Assembly (NCBI GenBank): GCA_950072105.1
Contig: CATMOE010000002.1
Span: forward strand, 64,001 to 128,000
Reading direction: 5' to 3'
Length of the DNA stretch: 64,000 bases
Source: an uncultured Dehalococcoidia bacterium
Lineage (GTDB): Bacteria > Chloroflexota > Dehalococcoidia > Lucifugimonadales > UBA3495
The position numbers were made by a program, and so were the translations under genes. The notes beneath the pieces were generated by a model. It made no database searches. It was not told where the DNA came from and saw only the letters and a program-made list of their open reading frames with translations. This document shows, piece after piece, positions 57,314 to 64,000 of this stretch; positions within the stretch are counted from its first letter, which is position 1; each line of letters opens with the position of its first letter.

Positions 57314-58765
57314 TCACCGGTCCAGAGGGACCGGTGATTGGTTAAGTAGCTTCATGATGACTAGCCCTGCTTGATGGCCGGGGCCGTCGCACTCGTCCAG
57401 ACGGGTCAAAAGATGTCCCCCAGCCCGCAAGATTTTATCGGTGACGGTCGGCTCAGATCGGCGGAACTCTTCTCCCAAATGCGAGTCCAGTGTCCAATCA
57501 GCGGTGACCGAACATTCCAGCCCGGCCCGCTGGGCAACATCCAGGTACTCCTGACGCTCCCTGCTGAACTCTTTTTCACTCTTGAAGGCCAAAGGCATCA
57601 CGTAGAATTCCCTGGACAGATACAATCCCAGTTCGTTATCGAATACTTGCATCAGGTCGGAGAAGGACACCCAGCCTTCCAGGGCGAAGAAAAAGTTTTC
57701 GGGAATATCCTGGGGCACGCGATGGTAGTAGAAATCTTCATCCGCCTCAACCATCTTCACCGTGACTGGAAGCTTTTTTTGGTAACCCAGGATGCGTTCC
57801 GCCGCGTCGTCCTTAAGGAATAAGAAGGGTATGTTCCCATTGGTGGCGTCCACTAAGACTTGAGTACCATCGATATCATACAACAACGCCGTGTGCTGCC
57901 AGAATCGCATGTAACGCTTGGAAAAGCGAAAATCGAACGTGGTTAGAAGCTCCCGTAGTTTCTCGACAGGCACGGGGCCGGTAGCGTTTTCCCCGGCGAT
58001 GATGTATTCCGACTGAAGTCCGTAGTGATCAGTGAGGAACTTCAGCGCCTGCACTTTTTCCGAGCAGATCGCCCCGGCGCCTTCCATGATGTTATCAATG
58101 GTCTCGTCTCCCGATTTGTAGACCAGTTTCTTGCCGATGAACCGGGAGTAGTTTTCAAATTGGGCATCCCAGATCGTTTTGGCCAGTCCTTTCAACAGCT
58201 TTATCTTGTGGCTGGTGGATCCCAGTTGAAGAATGGCATCGGTCTCGTGGCTGCCGAACTCGTGAATCAGGGAATCTCGCACGAATCCAGAGTATCTGGA
58301 TTTGTTGCGGAGCCACTTGCGCCGATGGAAGCCCGTCCAATTGCGGCTGTATTGCAGGTTGATGCGGTCTATCGTTAAATCAACCACCGAAACGTCTTGA
58401 CCCTCCACCTGAAGCTGGTGATTTGTGGGGACCTGGTCCAAAGCGAGGGACTCTTCGCCCTCTTTGAACGCCATACCGGAAAACATGTCCTTCAGTTCAC
58501 CGGCGTCCGTGCTCAGGTAGACCAGGTCTTGCATCGCATAGAGGGCGGCGGCGGAGGGCTGGGTGATGCGGGATTCTTGAAGAAGTTGGCTGATGGGAGG
58601 TTGCTTCAGATATTTGTCCAGCAAGCCTCCTAAAGACAAATAGGCGTCGCCGGGGTCCATACGTAGAGTACATCTCCGGTTGGACACCGTGTCCCACAGT
58701 TGAAGGATCTGATTGTTGGTGTTTTCCACTAAGGGCGCAAACCCGCTGTTCTTAATCTTGATCAT
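57314..58765 (-). CDS. Transglutaminase/NAT-like (papain-fold) protein with N-terminal extension
   Basis: G.GAICSEK..AL (Cys), WQHTALL (His), LVDATNG (Asp) in triad order. Confidence 0.65.
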   Translation of the reverse strand: MIKIKNSGFAPLVENTNNQILQLWDTVSNRRCTLRMDPGDAYLSLGGLLDKYLKQPPISQLLQESRITQPSAAALYAMQDLVYLSTDAGELKDMFSGMAFKEGEESLALDQVPTNHQLQVEGQDVSVVDLTIDRINLQYSRNWTGFHRRKWLRNKSRYSGFVRDSLIHEFGSHETDAILQLGSTSHKIKLLKGLAKTIWDAQFENYSRFIGKKLVYKSGDETIDNIMEGAGAICSEKVQALKFLTDHYGLQSEYIIAGENATGPVPVEKLRELLTTFDFRFSKRYMRFWQHTALLYDIDGTQVLVDATNGNIPFLFLKDDAAERILGYQKKLPVTVKMVEADEDFYYHRVPQDIPENFFFALEGWVSFSDLMQVFDNELGLYLSREFYVMPLAFKSEKEFSRERQEYLDVAQRAGLECSVTADWTLDSHLGEEFRRSEPTVTDKILRAGGHLLTRLDECDGPGHQAGLVIMKLLNQSPVPLDR

Positions 58766-58815
58766 GATTCCGAGTTATTGACGCGCTTGCCGCCGGTGGC
58801 CGGGCCGGTCCAGTG

Positions 58816-60045
58816 TTATACGGCAGCGTGAGGTCCCAAGCCCCACCGGGCGGCGTATTGATCGAAAGTGAACGTGCTCTTCTGAACGAACTCCCCTTGG
58901 GTGGTTAACGCGTAAACCGATGGGAGGCCGATGCCGTTGAACGCGTGGGCCTTGGTCATCGTGTACGATCCGGCATTGTTGAATATTACCTTGTCGCCAA
59001 CCTTCAGCGGGTCCTGGAACCGGTATTCACCTAAGATGTCTCCGGCCAGACAAGTGCATCCAGCCAGCAGATATTTGTGGGGAGCGTCGTCGTCGTGGCC
59101 GACCACGTCGGGCTCGAAATCGTATTCGAATACCTCCGGCATGTGATTGATGCTCGTGTCCAGCACGGCCAACATCGAACCCTCACTGGGGAATACGTCC
59201 AGAACCGTGGACACGATGTACCCGGCGGCTCGGATGAGAGCGGACCCGGGTTCAAAGAACACGTCCACTTTAAGGCGAGCTTTGAGAAAATCCAAAGCCT
59301 GGTGCAGACCGTCAAGGTTTTGCCCGTCCTCGAATAGATAGCCACCACCCAAATTGATCCATTCGAGGTTCTCCAGGATGCTACTGGCGCTGGAGTAGAG
59401 GTGGCGCACCGTGGAGAGCAACTCGCCGAAGTTGGGCGAGTCGCAGTTTGAGTGGAACAGGATGCCTCGGACCCCAGCCAGGCGGGCCGGGTCGTCATGG
59501 AACGCGGCCACCAGGTCTTCCAAGGGAACGCCCAGCTTCGATGCGGGCCGGCAAGGGTCGTAGCGCTCGTCGCCCAGGAAAGAAAGTTGAGGATTTACCC
59601 TCAGCCCACAGCTGGCGCTATCTTTGATGCGGTCGCGGTACATGTCCCATTGGCTCAGGGAGTTGAATGACACGTAGTCGCATAGGGAGCCGATCTCCTC
59701 TACTTCATCGCTCCTTAGGCCAGGCGCCGTGATGTGAAGGGTGCCGCCGCTCGTATTGGCTTTTTGAGCCAGTTTGGCTTCGAAAAGGGAGCTCACAGCG
59801 AATCCGTCCAGGCGTGGGGACATGAGCTTCAAAGCATCGACGAAGGAGAAGGACTTTATCGCGAACAGTACCTGGCACCGGCCTTCTTGGCGCAGCCGAT
59901 CGGCATGGGTGAGGAGTTGGTCGAGGACTGCCTCGTCGTATACGAAGGCCGGAGTAGAGATGTGGGCAAGGCCGCCGGGAAAGGCTTTGGCGTCGTCCAA
60001 AAGGGAGGAAGGCGTTGAATTTGCGCCGGCCTGTTTGGTACTCAT
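58816..60045 (-). CDS. nspC: Carboxynorspermidine/carboxyspermidine decarboxylase
   Basis: LFAIKSF (PLP Lys), SSLFEA.L, GLRVNP, YDPC...S.LG, W.NLGGG, EPG, HMP, G.TCLAGD, YTM.K...FNG. Confidence 0.85.
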   Translation of the reverse strand: MSTKQAGANSTPSSLLDDAKAFPGGLAHISTPAFVYDEAVLDQLLTHADRLRQEGRCQVLFAIKSFSFVDALKLMSPRLDGFAVSSLFEAKLAQKANTSGGTLHITAPGLRSDEVEEIGSLCDYVSFNSLSQWDMYRDRIKDSASCGLRVNPQLSFLGDERYDPCRPASKLGVPLEDLVAAFHDDPARLAGVRGILFHSNCDSPNFGELLSTVRHLYSSASSILENLEWINLGGGYLFEDGQNLDGLHQALDFLKARLKVDVFFEPGSALIRAAGYIVSTVLDVFPSEGSMLAVLDTSINHMPEVFEYDFEPDVVGHDDDAPHKYLLAGCTCLAGDILGEYRFQDPLKVGDKVIFNNAGSYTMTKAHAFNGIGLPSVYALTTQGEFVQKSTFTFDQYAARWGLGPHAAV

Positions 60046-60132
60046 TGAACGTACATGCACGCCATAGACGTTAGGGAGTGTTTCTAAGATTGAGGAATGG
60101 GAGGGTGGTTGATGGGTATTTTAACATACGGG

Positions 60133-60163
60133 AATCCCCCCAACCTCCTTTACGAATGGGGGG
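60133..60163. repeat. Family A repeat copy
   Basis: AATCCCCCCAACCTCCTTTACGAATGGGGGG. Confidence 0.75.
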
Positions 60164-60245
60164 CTCTTTCGGTCTCATCCACACGTGGCTATGGAAGATA
60201 GGGACGTTTGCTTCTATCTTGGCGGTCGAGCCGGAAGGCGTTAGG

Positions 60246-61649
60246 CTACACCCTGGTTTGCTGGCCGGGTATGCCTGATCCGGCGATGCCATTGGTGTTG
60301 CCGGACGGCGTTTCCGCCGATGCGCCTTGGGAGTTTTCCACGGTGACCGGGTTGATAGGGCGCCGGACGGAGTTGGGAGCGATTCCCGCTTTTAAGGCGG
60401 ACATGACGCCGGCCGCCTCCCAATAGTTATCAACGATGTGAAGTTGCCCCTGCTGCCAGGGTAGTTGGGTCAGGTTGTTTCTCATGAGGTTTCGGTTTTC
60501 CCGCACGGCGATGACCGGGATGCCCTGTTCCAGCGCGGCCAGGGTGGGCAGGCCCAGGCATCCGTCGGGTATCACCAAGCAAGAAACGGCACTAGCGGTG
60601 AACACGCCGGGATTTCGGAGTGCTTCTCGATCGGTGACGATTCTGGGGCTTTTTTGTAGGCCCTTGAGGATGGACTGCAAGAAGGTGGTTGATATGGCTT
60701 CAGCGGCCATGCGGGGGTCGACGATGCCGGTGTCCGCGTCCAAGACTTCCTGGGACTCCATCATGGGGGAGTGGGCCGAGGGCACGTCGTAGATGCTGGA
60801 GATGGTGTGGGTAAGCATGGATTCCACGCCACCCCAGGGATTGACCATGCTGCCGCCGCTGTTGAAGTAGTCGCCGTGGTAGCTGGTGGGAACGGTTATG
60901 ACCGACGATATGGCCACGGCGTCGTATTCCCCGCGGTGTCTGTCCAGCAGTTCAAGCACGTGTTCCAAGTCTTCCACCCGTCCCGCCGCCCGGGACGATG
61001 AAGTGTACTCGGAGATCATCACAAGTGGCGGAGTCAACTCGATCACCAGTGGGCAGATCAGCCCATAGGATGCCCGGGCGGCGTTAACCGAGTTGACTGT
61101 CATTGTGTGAAATAGCCGGTCGGTATGCGAGTTCATCAGAACCAGGACACGGTTAGACCGAACCGGCTGCAACCCAGCCGTGCCCATCAGCAAACGGCAG
61201 ATGACGCTGCCTTCCACGTATAGCCCGTTGCCCGGAATCTCGTTGATGTCCGAGGCGTTGACCACGTTTGGGTGGGTGACCAAAGTGTCGCAGACGGAGG
61301 CCAGCAGTTGAGCCACGGGCGTGGCATCACCGGCGTGCCCCCCGATTTCAGCGCCTATCCCGGTTGGTACCAGCAGGATGGCGTTGAAGCTCCCGGTATT
61401 TTCCACTTGGCGGTGGCGAAATTCCAGGATGGAGTTATTGGGCAACCGGCTGGAATCGTTGCCGTCATCGAAGGTTGTGACCTCGCACCGGTATCCGGTG
61501 GCGTCCGAAGACGTGACCACCAACCGCACTGGCGAGACTCCACCGGGCAACTTTTCTCGTGTCTTCTGGGACAGCCATTCCAATAGGTTGCTGCTGTCCG
61601 GCGGCGGGGGTAGATCGAGTCCAATTTCCGAAAGCATCACGGATTTCAA
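60246..61649 (-). CDS. DUF3326 family protein with N-terminal extension
   Basis: VPTGIGAEIGG.AGDA, THPNV.N, YVEG, P.GGVE...H, AH.P, DPR.AAE, GL..SP, IAV.EN, V.NY.EA.G. Confidence 0.85.
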   Translation of the reverse strand: MKSVMLSEIGLDLPPPPDSSNLLEWLSQKTREKLPGGVSPVRLVVTSSDATGYRCEVTTFDDGNDSSRLPNNSILEFRHRQVENTGSFNAILLVPTGIGAEIGGHAGDATPVAQLLASVCDTLVTHPNVVNASDINEIPGNGLYVEGSVICRLLMGTAGLQPVRSNRVLVLMNSHTDRLFHTMTVNSVNAARASYGLICPLVIELTPPLVMISEYTSSSRAAGRVEDLEHVLELLDRHRGEYDAVAISSVITVPTSYHGDYFNSGGSMVNPWGGVESMLTHTISSIYDVPSAHSPMMESQEVLDADTGIVDPRMAAEAISTTFLQSILKGLQKSPRIVTDREALRNPGVFTASAVSCLVIPDGCLGLPTLAALEQGIPVIAVRENRNLMRNNLTQLPWQQGQLHIVDNYWEAAGVMSALKAGIAPNSVRRPINPVTVENSQGASAETPSGNTNGIAGSGIPGQQTRV

Positions 61650-62530
61650 TTTCTTACATCCTCATGATTGGTTGATTCAGTGGTTTCGAAGGTAGTCTTC
61701 CGGCTGGGAACCTTGTCACAGGGGGACGACCACATCTCCGCCACGTCGATGGCGCGCATGAATTCTACGTTGGCGAAGGTGCGGATGTGGGTGATCAATT
61801 GCTCCAACATTTTCAGGCGTCCGGGACGGCCGATGTATTGGGGGTGCATGGTTAGGGTGAAGGCCCGGCCATAGTGATATAGGCCCTCAAACTCGGCTGC
61901 CCAAGTTCCGTAGACTTCCTCCGGGTTGCGCATGGGGCCCAGCCGCCCCGCTGCCGGCGCGTAGACGAAATTTGGGGCGTCGTCCAAGAGCCAATGGATG
62001 GGAATCTCCACCAGGCTTTGGGGAGTGCCCGGATTGAGCATGTATGGCGCGTCATCGCCCATCAGACTGCTGTCGTACAGGAAGCCGTGGGAGGCCAGCA
62101 GGTCCACCGAGCGCTCGCTCAACTCCCAACTAGGGGACCGGTAGCCTCGGGGGGCTTCTCCGGTGATGTCGCCAAGGATGGAGCTGCCCTGGTGCAGCAC
62201 CTCTTCTTCCTTCTCCGGCGTTAAAGAGGCTGGAGGTTCGTGCATGTACCCGTGGTGGGCGATCTCATGCCCCCGGCGGGAGATCTCTTTGACCATCTCA
62301 ACGTGGGTTTCGGCGACATAGCCTGGAACGTAAAAGCTGGCCTTGATGGAGTGGCTGTCCAGCATGTCCAGGATACGGGGGGTTGCGACGCTGGGGCCGT
62401 ATTCGGCCATGGACATCAGGCTGGGAAGCTGGGCGAAGTTGGGGTCGCGGTTCAACCACGAAGAGACGCCGTCGACGTCGAACCCCAACATCACCACGCA
62501 TTGAATGTCTCCGGGCCAGATACCGGACAT
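61646..62530 (-). CDS. Polysaccharide deacetylase (CE4, PuuE/HpPgdA-like)
   Basis: FDVD, HEIAHHGY.HE, GYRSPSW, YDSS, LTMHP. Confidence 0.88.
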   Translation of the reverse strand: MSGIWPGDIQCVVMLGFDVDGVSSWLNRDPNFAQLPSLMSMAEYGPSVATPRILDMLDSHSIKASFYVPGYVAETHVEMVKEISRRGHEIAHHGYMHEPPASLTPEKEEEVLHQGSSILGDITGEAPRGYRSPSWELSERSVDLLASHGFLYDSSLMGDDAPYMLNPGTPQSLVEIPIHWLLDDAPNFVYAPAAGRLGPMRNPEEVYGTWAAEFEGLYHYGRAFTLTMHPQYIGRPGRLKMLEQLITHIRTFANVEFMRAIDVAEMWSSPCDKVPSRKTTFETTESTNHEDVRN

Positions 62531-62555
62531 GTTGTTCCTCCCCGGTCTTGATTGA

Positions 62556-63833
62556 CTACTGGGGCGGGATGGTGTCGAAGCCGGTGTAGGGACGGAGGAC
62601 CTCTGGAATCACCACCGTGCCATCCGCCTGCTGGTAGTTCTCCAAAATGGCGATCACCACCCGGGGCAGGGCCAGCCCGGAGCCATTTATGGTGTGAGGC
62701 AGTTGGGGACGGTCACCCTGGCCGGGCCGGTAGCGGATGTTGGCGCGCCGAGCTTGGAAATCGGTGCAATTGGAGCAAGAACTGACCTCCAGCCACTCCT
62801 GGCAGCCGGCGGCCCACACTTCTATGTCGTAGGTCTTGGCGGACTGAAACCCGATGTCCCCGGTGCAGAGTTGCAATACCCGGTAGGGCAATTCCAGTTT
62901 CTGGCACACGTCCTCGGCGTCGGCGAGCAGAGTTTCCAGTTCAGCTTCAGAGGTTTCCGGGGTGACGAACTTGTACATCTCCACCTTGTTGAACTGGTGC
63001 ACCCGCTTGATGCCCCTGGTGTCACGGCCGGCCGCCGCCCGCTCGTTGCGGAAACAGGGAGTTTGAGCCACGTAGCGGAGGGGCAGGCTATCCGGGGGAA
63101 TAATCTCGTCCCGGTAAAGATTGGTGATGGGTACCTCGGCGGTGGGAATCATCCACAGGTCGGCTTCCTCGTCGTGGTACAAGAAATTGCTGAACTTGGG
63201 CAGATTCCCCGCCCCCTCCATCACCTCTCGCTTGACCACTGCGGGAACCATAACCTCGGTATAGCCGTGCTGCCGCGTGTGCAGATCCAGCATCCAGGCG
63301 ATGAGGGAGCGTTCCAGCTTAGCGCCGGCGCCGAACATGGTGTAGAAGCGGCTGCCGGATATCTTCACTCCCCGCTCGAAGTCGATAAGCCCCAATCGCT
63401 CGCCCAACTCCCAGTGGGGCACCGGCGTGAAATCCAGAGTAGCCGGCTCGCCCCATTGGCGGATGATTACGTTGGACTCTTCGTCCAGCCCTTTGGGAAC
63501 GTCAGGAAGGGGTATGTTGGGCAGGCGCATCAAGATGGTACTGATCTGCTCCTCAAGCACGCCCGCGTCCTGCTCAAGCCGGCTGATCTGATCCCCGACT
63601 TGGCGCATCTCGGCAACGACGTCCGGCGGAGGTTCCTGACCGGCGCCACGGGCCTGGCCCACTTGGCGGCTAACCTGGTTACGCCGCGCCCTCAGATCGT
63701 CTGCTTCGGTGATAGCCTGCCGCCGGTTGGTGTCCAGCGTCAATAGCTCGCCTAAAGGGTCTTCCTCGCCTCTGGATTCAAGGGCGCTCTTTACGAAGTC
63801 GGGGTCTCGGCGTATCAGCTCAATGGATAGCAT
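62556..63833 (-). CDS. serS: Serine--tRNA ligase
   Basis: N-terminal coiled coil, LPNIP, PTAEVP, FR.E....GRDTRG..RVHQF.KVE, EVSSCSNC.DFQARR, HT.NGSGLA. Confidence 0.97.
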   Translation of the reverse strand: MLSIELIRRDPDFVKSALESRGEEDPLGELLTLDTNRRQAITEADDLRARRNQVSRQVGQARGAGQEPPPDVVAEMRQVGDQISRLEQDAGVLEEQISTILMRLPNIPLPDVPKGLDEESNVIIRQWGEPATLDFTPVPHWELGERLGLIDFERGVKISGSRFYTMFGAGAKLERSLIAWMLDLHTRQHGYTEVMVPAVVKREVMEGAGNLPKFSNFLYHDEEADLWMIPTAEVPITNLYRDEIIPPDSLPLRYVAQTPCFRNERAAAGRDTRGIKRVHQFNKVEMYKFVTPETSEAELETLLADAEDVCQKLELPYRVLQLCTGDIGFQSAKTYDIEVWAAGCQEWLEVSSCSNCTDFQARRANIRYRPGQGDRPQLPHTINGSGLALPRVVIAILENYQQADGTVVIPEVLRPYTGFDTIPPQ

Positions 63834-63852
63834 ATTAGGTTTGCCGGAGACC

Positions 63853-63913
63853 GCCCTCGCCCCGGCCTGCGGCCACCCTTCTCACTGAGGGTGAGGGGAC
63901 GGGGGTGAAGGGG
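63853..63913. repeat. Degenerate palindromic element, family D (CCCTC.CCCC...CCCT.CTC...GAGGGTGAGGGG), upstream of serS
   Basis: C-rich left arm and G-rich right arm able to pair; single copy in the window. Confidence 0.4.
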
Positions 63914-64000
63914 AAACGCCTGCTTTCATCAGTCTTGCCGGATATCATTCGGAATCATCCTTTTGTCCTGATTGGATTGTCCGCATCTGAGGGAACAGGA

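Noticed and set aside
6124..60163. CRISPR array formed by the repeat families
   Set aside because: Copies are dispersed singly or in inverted pairs, not regularly spaced, and no cas genes are present
63834..64000. T-box leader for serS
   Set aside because: No T-box consensus (GGTGG.ACCGCG) on the coding strand; only a palindromic repeat is present

Overview
Gene-dense, GC-rich (~60% by eye) bacterial chromosome segment. The gene content suggests Chloroflexota/Dehalococcoidia, SAR202-like (inference): F420-type PPOX enzyme, several SDR/amidohydrolase/MaoC paralogs, PT- and VEK-repeat lipoproteins, split gcvPA/gcvPB. Housekeeping genes: gcvT-H-PA-PB, obgE-nadD-pyrE, ygfZ/iscA, recF-purL and serS. 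Accessory genes: a betaine-type ABC transporter, an LprG/Rv1410c-like lipoprotein+MFS pair, hydantoinase+DUF917, an orphan CoxL-like molybdoenzyme, and two disrupted genes (a repeat/peptidase lipoprotein and a PD-(D/E)xK nuclease). The ORF track truncates a SelW/Rdx-type selenoprotein with a CxxU motif and an in-frame UGA followed by a SECIS-like hairpin (26922-27221, minus strand). The best candidate for an undescribed system lies at 49.3-60 kb. It is a tightly packed operon of nspC, a transglutaminase-like Cys-His-Asp protein, a 2TM/RCK K+ channel, a divergent SecA paralog, a lipoprotein with a basic R/S/Q tail and a winged-helix protein, converging on DUF4178+DUF350. It resembles polyamine-linked yjf/ygiBC-type loci, but SecA2 and a transglutaminase appear where PspA and the ATP-grasp ligase are usually found. 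At least four families of short palindromic repeats are dispersed through the window, and two copies are inserted in-frame in coding genes. No rRNA, tRNA or CRISPR array was seen.
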